Source: Cyanidioschyzon merolae (lineage: Eukaryota). From it: a stretch of 64,000 bases of DNA. This document shows, in pieces, positions 11,051-23,821 of the stretch. A program made the position numbers and the translations under genes. The DNA is taken from NCBI GenBank assembly GCA_000091205.1, contig AP006489.2; one strand, 5' to 3'. The notes beneath the pieces were generated by a model that saw only the letters and a program-made list of their open reading frames with translations, searched no databases and had not been told where the DNA came from. Each line of letters starts with the position of its first letter. Position 1 is the stretch's first letter.

Positions 11051-11288
11051 CTACCAGCGCCTGAGCGGCGCAGTGCCTCCTGGCCAAGCACACGGGAACA
11101 AGCGGTCAAGTTCTCATAACTGCGCATCGGCTATTTTTATGAACTGAAGTCTCACTGTCTTGGACTACATAGAGCTGCACTTCTGTCGACGAACGCGCAC
11201 GAGATCCTGTGCCCAGCGCTTTGTCTTAACAAGACTGGCGTCTGCCGCTCGAGGGCTCCGTACCCGCAGACCGCGCTCGTGACACCTT

Positions 11289-14200
11289 ATGAGCGTGAAG
11301 GGTGCTCAGGTCGATACTGCACACGGAGCACTCGACAGAGAAATCTTTGATAATGGGTTTCCATCCGATAATGGTGGCTGCAGGGACAGCGATCAGGGCA
11401 TCCCGCCGCACACAGGCGCAGTCAACGCGATGCTCCGGAACCTGTCAACAAGCGTGCCGTTCGACGCCTCCGTCTATGGTAGCTATACCTTTGTGCACGA
11501 GTCCTGGGAACCGTGTCCTACTGCAGTCAACGCTTGGCAGCGTTTATGCGAAGTCTGGCGAGCGAGACAGGAGCTGCAACAGATCGAGCGTCAGCTCGAA
11601 CAGGTGCGGCGCAGAGCGTCCTCGCTGCTGCCAATGCAGAAGACCAGCTCCGAAACGAATCAAGACGCGATGACGACAAACGTCTACCGCACCACATATG
11701 CCCAGATACATAGACTACTGCTCGAACGCGAGCAGGCGCGACGAGCGCTCTCCGCGCGGCCCGTAACGCTTCGCGACGATACACAGGTTCTCTCCCGCAG
11801 CCTAGAGGCTATTCAGTTCCGAATCCCTTCCGTCGATGATATTCGACGCGCTTCTGTGATTGAAATGAACCGCAAACAATTGTACACCCCCGAGCACGAC
11901 ATCGTCCCGCACGGCGCACTGGACAAGCACCTAGGCGTCAGCGATAAGAACGAGCGCTGTGCAACCTGCGGACTCTCCCTGGCTGACTGTGCCGGCCATT
12001 TCGGTCATATCGAACTAGTGCTTCCTGTGTTCCACGTTGGCTATCTGAGTTTCTTGCTTCAAGTACTCCAGTGCATCTGCAAGCGCTGTAGTGGCCTACT
12101 TGCAGATGCACAGTTCGTTGAGCATCTGCGTCATCAACAACGTGAGCATCGCGCTCGAAACACACCGGGCTACCTTCAGAGCCTCCTCAAGCGCCACTTG
12201 GAATGGGCCAAGCGCTCCTCGATCTGCCGACACTGCGGCGCTCCGAATGGTCTCGTTCGTAAAGTCAGCAGCCCGCGGGAATGGCTCGCCACTGCATCCG
12301 CGGCAGCGACAAGCTCTAGTACGACTTGTACGCAGCGGGATGGCAGCGGTGGCATCGCAACACGAGCCGCCTCTGGGCTGCGCTCGAATTCCTCGATGAG
12401 CCATACAGGAGCACCGCGACTCGTGCATGAACTGATGCCCCGGGCCGGCTGGAGCCACCGCCAGTACCTCCAACTTGAACTTTACTTGGCGCACTGGTAC
12501 GAACGGGCGAGCTTTGCAGCTGGAAGGAACTTGCGTCGATGCCCAGCGGATCAGGTCATTGCACAGAAGGCGCCCACTGCACAGGCCAGTTCGATCGCTG
12601 GAGTCTTGATGCACACCGCGGACGGCGATAAGGACGACTTGGACAGCGACCACAACGAGTTCAACGCTTTACCGAGCGCACTGGGCAAGCCAGCAGCCTC
12701 TGGGGCGTCACTGTCTGCTGCCGTTGCAGCTCGCAGGATGATGCATCGCTCCCGCAAGGCACACTTTGCATTCGAGCTGACGCCGCTCCACGTACTGGAA
12801 CTGCTGCGAAACATTGCACCGGCGGACCTTGAAGCACTCGGCATGGATCCCGACACCACGAGACCCGAGGATATGCTCCTGCGCTGCGTTGCCGTTCCGC
12901 CAGTCTGCATTCGTCCCAGCGTTTGTAACGATCCATCCCAAGGGAGCACTGAGGACGATCTCACGATCATGCTTGCCGATATAGCGGGTGCGAATGCTCT
13001 TGTGATGGAGCAACTGGTCAAAGGCAGCGATTTGGGCAAACTGCTCGATGCTTGGGATCATTTGCAACTCGCTGTTGCCCGCTACATTCATGCAGACTAT
13101 CCAGGTCTACCGGCTAGTCTCTACTACAAGGCACAGATCGGTCTCTGCCAACGCCTGAAAGGCAAACAGGGGCGCTTCCGGGGAAATCTCTCGGGCAAGC
13201 GGGTCGACTTTTCGGCTCGAACGGTCATATCTCCGGACCCGAACTTGTCCATCGATCAGGTGGGTGTTCCGCTGCGGATCGCGAAGATTCTCACCTACCC
13301 GGAGCGCGTCACGCCCTGGAACATCGACCAGCTGCGGAAAAGTGTCCTGCGAGGCCCGGATCGCCATCCAGGTGCCAACTACGTGCTCTTTCCTGATGGA
13401 AGCAAGCGTTTTCTTCGCTTTGGTGACCGCGAGGACATCGCTCGCAGTCTCTGCGTGGGCTGCGTCGTCGAGCGTCACCTCCGAGACGGTGACCTGGTGC
13501 TCTTCAATCGACAACCGTCGTTGCACCGGCTTTCAATCATGGCGCACTCGGTGAAAGTGATTGCTGGTCGGACCTTCCGCTTCAATGAGTGCGTATGTGC
13601 GCCCTATAATGCCGACTTTGATGGCGACGAAATGAACCTGCACGTGCCGCAGACCGAGGAGGCGCGAGCAGAAGCACGAGCGTTGCTTGCCGTTCCCCAG
13701 AACCTGCTCTCGCCACGCAACGGTGAGCCGCTCATCGCCTGCACTCAGGATTTCATCACCGCGCTGTACCTGCTGACCCACAAGGACGTCTTCTATGGAC
13801 GCTGGGCTGCGGTCCAGTGTCTGAGCTTCGGCCTGGAACCGGAGGCATCGGCAGCGATCCTTGGACGCCTGCCCGAGCCGGCAATTCTCCATCCGCTTCC
13901 CTTGTGGACAGGAAAGCAGCTCTTCAGCGCGCTGGTGCAGGCCGATCCCGCCCTCAGCGATGAGGCAGTGCGCGTGCTCATCTGCTTTGATGCAACCGAG
14001 AAAGCCTACACTCATGAAGGCATCTGGTGTCGTGCCGACGCCTACGTCTGTGTCCGATCCGCGGAGCTCATCAGTGGCCAGGTCGCGAAACGAACGCTGG
14101 GCTCCCAGTCGAAGCAGTCCCTGCTCTACGTCCTGCAGCGAGAAGCAGGGCCACTGCTTGCCGTGCGCTGCATGAACCGCCTAGCCCGTTTCGCGAGCCG

Positions 14201-17081
14201 TTGGCTCTCTGAGTACGGCTTCAGTTTTGGGATCGATGATGTTCGACCCTCGCCGGCCCTGGAACACGCCAAAGCTGTGCGCATTCGCAACGCCTACACC
14301 CAAGTTCAGGATGCTATCGAGCGATATCGAGCAGGTGTTATGCGACCTCGCCCCGGTTACACCGACGAGGAGACCCTCGAGTGGCACATTCATCGACTCT
14401 TGAGCGACCTGCGCGAACACGCTGGACAAGTATGTCTCCAGGAGATGGCACCCCACAACACTGCGATGATCATGGCCATGAGCGGGGCGAAAGGCAGCAC
14501 CATCAACATCTCCCAGATGGTGGCTTGTGTCGGACAACAGACCGTGAACGGTACGCGCGTCCGAGCAGGGTTTCACCAGCGCACACTGCCTCATTTTATG
14601 CGCGGGGATAAGTCACCAGAGGCAGGTGGGTTTGTGGCAAACTCGTTCTATTCAGGGATGAACGCAATCGAGTTCTTCTTCCATTCGATGGCGGGACGCG
14701 AGGGCCTCGTAGATACCGCAGTGAAAACCGCAGAAACCGGCTACATGCAACGCCGTTTTATGAAAGCGCTTGAGGACCTCCGCGTCGCATACGATGATAC
14801 TGTCCGCACAAGTGATGCCAGTCTGGTACAGTTGCGCTTTGGCGGTGACGGTCTGGATCCCCTGGAAATGGAAGCGAGCGACGGTCAAGCTATCGACTGG
14901 GAGCGACTCTGGACGACGGTGCAGTGGCTGGACGCACACTCTGATCCGCTGGTTGAACGGGCGCTCGGTGGACGCTTCCTGGCGGATAGCGTTCCGAGCG
15001 CGGTCGCGGTAGCGATGCCCGACACTGGGAGCGCGCAGGCGTTGCCAGGCGCTAGCCACAGGTATCAGCAACAACAACAACAACAACAACGACTACAACA
15101 ACAGCGTCGATCCTGGACGTTGGCGTCGCCCCGGATGCAACCAGAGCCTGAACGCATGGTCGACGACCTACAGAGGCCGCTTCTAGAAGCGCTGGAGGCA
15201 GCGGACCCGTCGACGGCTGCTTTCGAGCAACAGCAACAGCAGGTCCCTCTAAGCTGGCCGGGGCGTGTTCGCCAAGGTGTACTAGCTCTGGCGACACGAC
15301 ACAGTCCGCTGACGCCGCGACAATGGCAACTGCTGATGACCCTAACGGAACGCAAGCTCCGGCGAGCGCTCATCGAACCTGGAACCGCAGTCGGTGCCAT
15401 TGCTGCCCAGTCGATTGGGGAACCGTCCACCCAGATGACCCTCAAGACGTTTCATTTTGCAGGAGTGGCGTCGATGAACATTACCCAGGGCGTTCCGAGA
15501 ATCAAAGAGCTCGTGAATGCAACCCGTCGGATCGCAACTCCGCTGGTAACTGCATACCTGGAGACGACGGCTCCAGGGCAGCAAGAGCCTCGGGCGCTCG
15601 CCTACAACCTGCAGCGTCGGCTGGAGTGTCGACGTCTCAAACAGGTCATTCGGTATGGAGAAGTGCGCTGGAATGCATCCGGTGTATACCTGGATTACGT
15701 CCTCGACGAGCGCTTTGTCGCCGAGTACGGTCTTCATGCCATCGACGCAAAAGCGTCTGCAACATTGGAAGCCAGTGGAGCAAAGGCGCTGCCAAACATG
15801 ACTGGAATTTCTCAGGTTGAGTCCTTGTGTCGTCGTTTGCGCGCTCAGCTGCCTTGGCCGGCACTCTCCGAGGAAGAGGACACATGCAATGACCCCCGTC
15901 GTGACGAATCGACCGGGAACGTCCGTGTGGTATACGCCAACGGTAGCAGCGACGGCAGCGACGACGACGTTGTCCATCTCCAGTTTTGGCCACCGAGCGC
16001 GTTGGCACGTTCACGACCTACTCGGCGACGAATGGGCAGCGCCTCGGCAGCGGCAGCAGTTGCAGCAACAGCAGCAGCAACAACAGAGACAAACGTTGCG
16101 GACTGGGAGCCAGCGCTCGCTCAGCTGCAACGTCTCGTACCAGAGCTGGTTGTCAGTGGACTTGCGAGCATCGCTCGCGTTGTTTGGAGTCAGGCGCTCT
16201 CTCCTGCGAGCGATAGCGCTGGGAAAAGCGGGGAAGCTGCTGCCGCTGCTGCTGCCGCTTCTGCTGCTACCGAGTCTATCCAGTTGCTCGCTGAAACCGA
16301 AGATATGCGTTCGGTGATGAATACGCAAGGCATCGATGCGAGTAGTGTCTACTGCAACCACGTACTGGTCGTGGAGCAGGTCCTAGGTATCGAGGCAGCG
16401 CGAAGCACCATCGTGAAGGAGGTGCTGGAGACCATGGCTGCGCACGGGGTAACGCTTGATGCTCGTCATGTGGACCTGCTCTCCGACATGATGACCCAGA
16501 GTGGGCAAGTGCTTGGCATCACGCGCTTTGGAATCAGCAAGATGCGTCAGAGTACCCTGATGCTGGCGAGTTTTGAGAAGACCGTGGATCATCTCTTTGA
16601 GGCTGCGGTTCGTTCACGTTCTGATCGGATTCGAGGAGTCAGTGAGCGGGTGATTATGGGAAAGCCAGTGCCACTGGGCACCGGCATGGTGTCAGTCGGC
16701 TATGTCGAGTGTCCTGAACGCGTCGCACTCGCTCCGCAACGCGATGCGACTTGTTCCGGGTCGGAGGAGGCGGTTTCGTCTAGTTTGGAGGGTACGTCAA
16801 GGTCAAGATCTAGGCCAGAGGCGATACAAAGTGCTGACGACGAGGCGCCACGAGACGTAGATCGCCCAGCAACAGAGCGAGGAGTAGATAGGATCACAAA
16901 CGGAACAACAACAGCAGTAGCAGCAGCAGCAGCAGGAGGAGATGCAGACGAAACGTTTGCCGCCATGCCGTTCCCAAACCAGAAGCGACTTGCCTGGCAT
17001 TTGTTGCGACCGCCCGAGGCAGCGACCTGGTCGAGAAATTGCAACAGGCGTGAAAAGGCAACCATCGTTCACGAGCAGTGA
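11289..17081 (+). CDS. DNA-directed RNA polymerase III largest subunit (RPC1/C160)
   Basis: 1930 aa. Zinc motif CATCGLSLADCAGHFGHIELVLPVFHVGY. Catalytic NADFDGDEMNLHVPQTEEARAEARALLAVPQNLLSPRNGEPLIACTQDFITALYLLTHKD is closest to Pol III. Trigger loop FHFAGVASMNITQGVPRIKELVNA is Pol III type. KGKQGRFRGNLSGKRVDFSARTVISPDPNL also matches. About 170-aa N-terminal extension and poly-Q/poly-A insertions. Confidence 0.85.
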   Translation: MSVKGAQVDTAHGALDREIFDNGFPSDNGGCRDSDQGIPPHTGAVNAMLRNLSTSVPFDASVYGSYTFVHESWEPCPTAVNAWQRLCEVWRARQELQQIERQLEQVRRRASSLLPMQKTSSETNQDAMTTNVYRTTYAQIHRLLLEREQARRALSARPVTLRDDTQVLSRSLEAIQFRIPSVDDIRRASVIEMNRKQLYTPEHDIVPHGALDKHLGVSDKNERCATCGLSLADCAGHFGHIELVLPVFHVGYLSFLLQVLQCICKRCSGLLADAQFVEHLRHQQREHRARNTPGYLQSLLKRHLEWAKRSSICRHCGAPNGLVRKVSSPREWLATASAAATSSSTTCTQRDGSGGIATRAASGLRSNSSMSHTGAPRLVHELMPRAGWSHRQYLQLELYLAHWYERASFAAGRNLRRCPADQVIAQKAPTAQASSIAGVLMHTADGDKDDLDSDHNEFNALPSALGKPAASGASLSAAVAARRMMHRSRKAHFAFELTPLHVLELLRNIAPADLEALGMDPDTTRPEDMLLRCVAVPPVCIRPSVCNDPSQGSTEDDLTIMLADIAGANALVMEQLVKGSDLGKLLDAWDHLQLAVARYIHADYPGLPASLYYKAQIGLCQRLKGKQGRFRGNLSGKRVDFSARTVISPDPNLSIDQVGVPLRIAKILTYPERVTPWNIDQLRKSVLRGPDRHPGANYVLFPDGSKRFLRFGDREDIARSLCVGCVVERHLRDGDLVLFNRQPSLHRLSIMAHSVKVIAGRTFRFNECVCAPYNADFDGDEMNLHVPQTEEARAEARALLAVPQNLLSPRNGEPLIACTQDFITALYLLTHKDVFYGRWAAVQCLSFGLEPEASAAILGRLPEPAILHPLPLWTGKQLFSALVQADPALSDEAVRVLICFDATEKAYTHEGIWCRADAYVCVRSAELISGQVAKRTLGSQSKQSLLYVLQREAGPLLAVRCMNRLARFASRWLSEYGFSFGIDDVRPSPALEHAKAVRIRNAYTQVQDAIERYRAGVMRPRPGYTDEETLEWHIHRLLSDLREHAGQVCLQEMAPHNTAMIMAMSGAKGSTINISQMVACVGQQTVNGTRVRAGFHQRTLPHFMRGDKSPEAGGFVANSFYSGMNAIEFFFHSMAGREGLVDTAVKTAETGYMQRRFMKALEDLRVAYDDTVRTSDASLVQLRFGGDGLDPLEMEASDGQAIDWERLWTTVQWLDAHSDPLVERALGGRFLADSVPSAVAVAMPDTGSAQALPGASHRYQQQQQQQQRLQQQRRSWTLASPRMQPEPERMVDDLQRPLLEALEAADPSTAAFEQQQQQVPLSWPGRVRQGVLALATRHSPLTPRQWQLLMTLTERKLRRALIEPGTAVGAIAAQSIGEPSTQMTLKTFHFAGVASMNITQGVPRIKELVNATRRIATPLVTAYLETTAPGQQEPRALAYNLQRRLECRRLKQVIRYGEVRWNASGVYLDYVLDERFVAEYGLHAIDAKASATLEASGAKALPNMTGISQVESLCRRLRAQLPWPALSEEEDTCNDPRRDESTGNVRVVYANGSSDGSDDDVVHLQFWPPSALARSRPTRRRMGSASAAAAVAATAAATTETNVADWEPALAQLQRLVPELVVSGLASIARVVWSQALSPASDSAGKSGEAAAAAAAASAATESIQLLAETEDMRSVMNTQGIDASSVYCNHVLVVEQVLGIEAARSTIVKEVLETMAAHGVTLDARHVDLLSDMMTQSGQVLGITRFGISKMRQSTLMLASFEKTVDHLFEAAVRSRSDRIRGVSERVIMGKPVPLGTGMVSVGYVECPERVALAPQRDATCSGSEEAVSSSLEGTSRSRSRPEAIQSADDEAPRDVDRPATERGVDRITNGTTTAVAAAAAGGDADETFAAMPFPNQKRLAWHLLRPPEAATWSRNCNRREKATIVHEQ

Positions 17082-18650
17082 AGTCTGGAATACCAACGCA
17101 AGCACGTCCTTGTTGTTTTTCAGCTTGTACTTGTCGTAGGTATTTCGTAAAGGGATTGGATTCCATGGATTTGGCAAATGTCGCGAAAACGAAACTTGAT
17201 GCTGTTGTTCCTTGCTTGCGAAAACGGCTTTATTCTTCCGAGTCGATCATAGCATGATGAGCAGATGCACGAACTGGTGCTGTCGTGGACAGCATCGTTC
17301 ACTCAAAACAGCACTTGTCAAATGCGATGGCCATAACCGTCTCCTCGTGAATTTATCCAGAGTCATACGTTCTCTCAGAATGTCGATCGATCGACGAGAG
17401 CGTTGGATGAGAAGTACGCTGCGTCCAGTTGCAACGAACGGTGATAAAAAGACCCGGACGGATAACGAACAAGAAAGCATGGGTCTTTGAAAAACCGTTG
17501 CAGGTTGAAAAGACACCAACGAGGTCGTACGAAAACGCGGACGACGATTCCAGGGGAAACAGATGCTCGACGAACGCCCTGAGAGGTTCATCCGGAGGTA
17601 CGGTGGATTCATGTCTATGGGAATTCAAGGAGGATCAAAAAGCATACATAAGGTTTCTTTCTCAGTGGTTTGGAAAAGCAAGTGACCGTCGATTCCAACC
17701 GTTTCGTGGCAACCTTCAACGCTGGGCACGTTCTGACGTGCCCAGCGTGCACACTCCCGCTCTTAACGATAGCGTTCGGGCTAGGCAGGCTTCGACTCTG
17801 AACAACTCGAATGGGTGCGTTTCATGACGACTTGCAGACCTCACGGCTACAGTTGCCTGCTGGACCCTCTAGAGAAGAAGAACGTGAAACAGGCCCGGAT
17901 CTACAAAGTTGTGTACGAGAAGCTCACCGAAATTCAGACTGCGACGAAAAGAATGCGCTGTTCAGCATAATGAGACTCCAGCAGCAACCACGTTGCACAA
18001 GCACGTCGTGCACTGTCGCTTGAAGGTCACGATCAGTATCCGGAAAAGTATCGTACGCCGCTGGTATCCATCTGTGTTCAACCACGAGCGCACGTCCAAG
18101 GGAACTGTTTCGTATTCTTTTTTGACATGGTGCTTCAACCCGGAACGCCTTGTAGGAACCAAAGCTTGAACCTAGACAGACAGAGAGACAGGTTATTGAA
18201 CGTTCGCTTGGACCAATGCACGGAGTACGGTACCGTTCAGCGGTCCAGCCAAGCAGAAGCACCGTTTCCACACATCGAAAACGATTTTTCTGGGCAACGG
18301 GTGACCGGAAACGGGGTACCAGTACGCTATCGTACTGGGTGTATGCGGAAAACCTCACCTTGGCATACCGGAGATGCTTTCCATCATACGATCCCCGTGT
18401 CTGAGTGAATCAGCGGCCAACATCGAAGCTGAACCATGCAGTCCGTACCTGATCGCTTTTTCAAACGAGAACCAGTATCCGAGGATTCTGGAAACCTTTT
18501 CTCATGGCTATGGAAACCTACGTGCTTTCTGGTATCGCTTGTCGTCCAGCATCTTCGCTCGACATATGCATACGATGGAAGCGCATCACCCATGCTCTCG
18601 ACTGCCTTGGCTGTAACGACACGGAAGCATCCGTCATCACCGAGCCGCTA

Positions 18651-21600
18651 TCATTCTTGATGCATATGCTGCATCGTATGCATGGGACGAATCAACGGGT
18701 TACGGGCCTGTGCTGGGTACGGATCCCTTGCCAGCCGTCTACGACGACGACGACGACGAAGATACCACTTGGCTGCGATTGCTATGAAGAGCAACACCAG
18801 TAAGCTGCCTCGGAGTTCGCCACGATGCCCAGAGACAACGGACAAGCGGGCCCAAGCAGGTCGTCGACTTGGCACTGCCACGTACTGCAAGTATCGCAGG
18901 AGACGCTGCCAGGGCGACAACAGCCACCGCCACCGCCACCAGCGTACGCTTTCCTGCCAGCGTTCCAGTTGTAGCCAAGCCAGGACTAGTGTGGACGCTA
19001 ACCAGGCCTCCTTGGCATCCACGACTCGGGCGGTTTCCAAGTACCGCTCGGCAAGGTGCAGATCACGCGGTGCTCCACCACGACCACGTAAATGCAGATA
19101 GCCCAGGTTAAATAGCGCCTCTGCTGTACCGAGTTCCGCCGCTTGACGATAAAACATCCACGCTGATATCGGATCGGATGGCGCTGCGACCTCTTCGTTG
19201 AACCACACCTGCGACTTGTCGCCAGACGCTGCCTGCTGCTCCTGCCAACGGTAGAGGAGATCACCAGCCGCCACCATCGCTTGACGCTGTCCATTCAGGG
19301 ACGCCAACAACCAGAAGGAGAGCGCCCGCTGTTCATCCTGCATCCACGCGTCCAACAGTATCGCCGCATTGTACTGAGCGACCTCGACGCCCGCCCACGC
19401 TGCCTGCACCACATTCCAGAGCGCTTCGTCGACAAGCGCTGCCTTGACAGCTCTCGACAACATCCGCGGACGCGTGCGGGATAAGCGCGCGGTCGTTACC
19501 AAGCCGCTCAGCTCCAAGAGGTACTGGGCGCGTTCGAGGGACCGGCGCACAAGCGGGGCCTCTTCGGCTACCCGACGAAAGCTCAGCGCAATATCGACAC
19601 AAGCGCTCGGGGCGATACCGGCCTGCATCAACGCTGCTGCCTTCCATATCGCTCGTCGATGTCCAGCTCGTGCCGCTTCCACCATACACACCAGCGCTTG
19701 GCGCTCGTCACGCCGATCGACTCCGGCACCGCTGAGGTAGAGCAATCCCAGGTTGTATTTGGCTTCACTGTAGCCGTGCGCTGCAGCCGCACGAAAGAGA
19801 CGCGCTGCTTCGTGCTCATCACGTTCCACAGCGATGCCCCAACGATGCAGTTGACCGAGCGCGTTCAGAGCGCTCGGTTCGCCACGAGCAGCCGCCACTC
19901 GGTAATGCCACAGTGCCGACTCGTTACTCGGTGCAACCCCGAGGCCGTGCAGATACATCGACGCGAGCAGCACATGAGCGTGTGGGTCACCCGTCTGGGC
20001 CGCGCGTGTCAAGTACTGCAAGGCGCGTCCATAGTCGGGCGCGTGCCCAGCCATACCCGTGAGCAGCACATGTCCGAGGGCGACCTGGGCGCGAACGTCA
20101 CCACGATCAGCAGCATGGCGATAGTACTGGATGAGTTCTCGTTCGTCAGCGTGTACCTGGGGTAGCAGCGTCATCGATGTTTCCAGCGCGAAGCGCGGTT
20201 TTGTTTCCAGCAGCTCCGGAGGGGTATTTCGGCGGGCAGCTGCGATCTGTTGGAGACTGGCGAGCCAGTCAGGTAGCCAGCGACGAGGACGGTCGAGCGG
20301 TTGCCAGGAAGCGCTCCCGAGTCCAGCGGCAGCGGGTTCATGTGCTAGCGTGGCAGCAGCGGTTCGTTGCCAAAGAGCAGGCGCTCGCTTTGCGAAACGT
20401 CGTATTCGTTGTGCATCCTGCAGTGACAGGCGAAAGCTTTCCAGTGGTAGGCGCTGTGATGCGAACCAGCCACGTTCGCTGAATGTTCCAGTAAAGTCGA
20501 GTTGTCCGTCAGCAAGTGGATGCATGGGGTTCTTGGAGGCGCGTTCCCGGGAGCTGGACGTAGGCCTCAATATGCCGTCGTCGTTTTCGTGGTGATCATC
20601 ATCGACTTGTCCGAGGTAGGCTGCAGCGAGACGATAGAAGCGCACAGCTTGCTCGCAGTTCTCGGGGAGACCACCGATCCCATACAGGTAACGAAAAGCG
20701 AGGGCGAGTTGTGCTCGGGGATGTCCATCGTTCGCAGCGCGATGCCAGTGCAACAGCGCGGCAACGCGGTCTCGTTCGCCAGTACTCGTACTGCTACTAC
20801 TGCTACTACTGCTGCTGGGCGTTTTGCTGCCTGCATGGGGCACGCTGCTTTGCGCGCTTCGCCAAGCGGCAGCGTACCCGAGAGGAATGCTACCATGCTC
20901 CGCAGTCGTGGTGCTACTCCAAAGCAGCAGCGTCGCCACAAGGTCATGCGCATCCGCTTGTCCAGATGCCACTGCACGTTCCAAGTGATACGTAGCGCGT
21001 GTACGGTTCGGTTTCAGTCCGTATACGCTGTCGCCAGACCAGTAGAGGCGCGCTAGAACGCTGCTTGCAAGGAAACAATCGGGAGATTCTGCGGTTGCAG
21101 CGGTTGTCTCTAAGAGCGCTACAATGGCCGTTACGTTCGCCTGTGTACGCCACAAGGCCTCGACCTCGGATATCCAGGAAGGTACCGGGCGTTGTTGTGC
21201 TTCGGGTTGCACAGTGGGCATCGAGAAGCGCTTCAATGATGATGCTTCCTGAGGCTCTTCTGCACCATGCACGTCCTGAGACGCTTCAGACGCTGCCGAT
21301 GCACTGCCCTGTACACCGGACAAGAGCTCTGGGGCAGCACGTTCATCTTTGACGTTTGCTCTACTTCGACTCGGTGCACGAGGACGCTCACCTGCGATTG
21401 TATCGGTTGCGGACAATTTGCTTACGAGCAGCATCTGTTCCGCGTACAAGTCCAGGTGCCAACGCGTGAGCTGTTGCCTCAGCTGTTGGAAAGCCGTCGG
21501 TTTCCGTCCCTGGGGCAGAGACAGTGCGAGCGGATGCTGCTCTCCCTTGTCGAGTAGGGTCATCATGGCGGCAAACGAGGCATTCAATTCCTTTCCAAAG

Positions 21601-22074
21601 AGCTGCAGACGCTCTCGGAGGTCTTGCACTTCTCTGAGAGGCTGCTCATCTGTCAAGGCAGCAATGCGATCGGTGATTCGGAGCGACTCGACTTGCACGC
21701 GATGCAGCTGGAGCCTTGTCGTCAAGCGCAGAACCTCACTCGTGGCGCGCTCCCTGAGTTCAGGCCACCAGCCTTCGAGTGCGGATGCAGTTTGTGGAGC
21801 GGGAATGAGTTGTCGGAGTTCCTCTTCGAGACGCAGCACTTGGTGAATGACCTGTATCGCCTGCCAAGCGACACCCGCCGGGTGCGCATCCGTCTCTGGT
21901 GCTGGTGCTGCGGATTCGACCGGCTCGGGAGTGGGCTCTTCCAGTATCGAAGCATCCAGAGGCCAGCCCAGCATATGGAGAAGCGCATCCTCGGGTGGTA
22001 AGATACTCGGCTTCGGATCGGGTAAACGCTGGTCGAGGGGTAGCGGCATCTGCTGATGTTGATGCTGTTCCATG

Positions 22075-22105
<31 letters not shown>

Positions 22106-23207
22106 CCTGTTGCTGTTGCTGTTTGTATCCTTCGCCTAGACGCTCCTGCTGTGTCCAGAGTGTTGCGTCGGGACCCTGCTTTGAGTCCGTTGCGGTGTTT
22201 GGTGTGCGGTTCCTTTCGGATACACCATAGGTGGTGTTCACTGCCTGCTGTGTGTCTGTGATTCGAAACGATTCTGACAACGATGAACGTATTTCCATTG
22301 GTGAACCAGCATCCACAGTGCTTTCCGGACTGTCGCTGTTATCGATCGCTCTAGGAGACTCAAGGCCTGCGGCTTCCAGCGATGCTTTGGGCTTCGACTC
22401 GGGATCATAAGACCACGAAGCGCCTGGAGCACTACCGAGCAACTGCTCCGAACGCGAGCGCTCCTGCGCAACATCCTTTGGGAATGGATCCATCGCTGAA
22501 ACTTGTGTCGCAGCGACCACAACGCTGCTGGATTCCGTTTCATCACCAGCAGTAGGATGCACAGTACCAGAAACAGTAGAATCAATCGTATCAGCAGCCG
22601 TAGAATCAGCAGGCAGCTGAATTGCCACAAGTGATACCGACGGTTGTGCCTGTTGTTTCTCCGAGTCTGCGGCTGGAGCGTTGCGGGCCCCATGGACGAC
22701 AGCATTCGCTTGGGGTGCCTCGTCTCGAGTACGCTTCGGCCATGAACTTGACTCGAGATGCTTTGCATGCTCGACGCTGCCGGTTGTTATCGCTTCGGTT
22801 GACGCCAAGCTGGACAGTGTCGGTTTCCATGTGGTCCAAGACGCCGCACTCACACCAAAAGTCCGCCGTTGCATGAAAAGATTCGAGTCTGATCCTCTAG
22901 AAGCATTGACATTGGATGTGTCTGTTGCCGCTGAGCTATCTGAGGATCGCCAATGTGTCTGCCAGGCAGCAGACTGAACCACACTGGGACGGATAAGACT
23001 CCCGCGTCCTTGTATTGTAGGTGATGCGCTCGTCTGCGGAATAGACGGAGATTTCGTGACGCTTTCCTCGCGCATCTCTCGCTGATGTGCTTGAGCTGCT
23101 CCCAGGTTGCAGAGCACGACCCAGAGGATGACCCCCAGCCAGAACTTGCGGTGAATAAATAAGCGCCACCGCTTCCATAACTTGCAAGAGCTAAACAGGG
23201 TCTCCAT
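18651..23207 (-). CDS. SEL1L/Hrd3-like Sel1-repeat protein (probable ERAD adaptor)
   Basis: 1518 aa. Signal-peptide-like N-terminus. Long Ser/Gln-rich low-complexity region. Multiple Sel1-like repeats, e.g. AQVALGHVLLTGMAGHAPDYGRALQYLTRAAQTGDPHAHVLLASMYLHGLGV and EAKYNLGLLYLSGAGVDRRDERQALVCMVEAARAGH. C-terminal TM (LLVLLFIAIAAKWYL) followed by a poly-Arg tail, as in Hrd3/SEL1L. Confidence 0.6.
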
Positions 23208-23821
23208 TCAGGGGCGACTCGGAGTCAGCGCTCTATGATGGCGATGCTGGGCGTACGGACAAGAGTTCCTAAAATGATCCAGGAAAAGTCAGACTGGGAA
23301 CCAGCAGACCTCCAGAAAGAAAACTCTGGAACACCTTACGCTCTCTGCGGAAGCAAGTTCCTCGTTGAAAGGTTCTTGGGCTCAGCGAAGCGCCGCGGTG
23401 TATGCCTCGTGAGAGAACCTCTGCTCCCGTTGGCTCTAGACCAACTTTCGTTCCTCGATGTCTCCAGGAGTAGGGCTTCAAACGGAAGCGCCCTTGAGCT
23501 TCGACGAAGAGAACGTTTGCAGCCGTTTGCTCTGTACCGATCCTCGTGTCTCCTTGTCTTTAGAAAACGCTTCGCGGATCGGTTACCAACCTCTGTCGTG
23601 CAGAAAGCGCTGCGCAGGACTCGTCCCAAGCCGTCTTCGGAGCAGTTCAAGGATACTTGTTTCTGCAAGACCTTGAACGCCACAGTTTATCAACGATCGA
23701 TTCCTACCTCTCGTTTAAGGGTGAAAAGAAGCTCAGAAAACGCCCGGATATATCTGTGATAAACGTGTTTTCCGTAGGCGAGAAATCCGGAAGCGTCTTG
23801 TGCCGCGTTGTCCTATACCCG

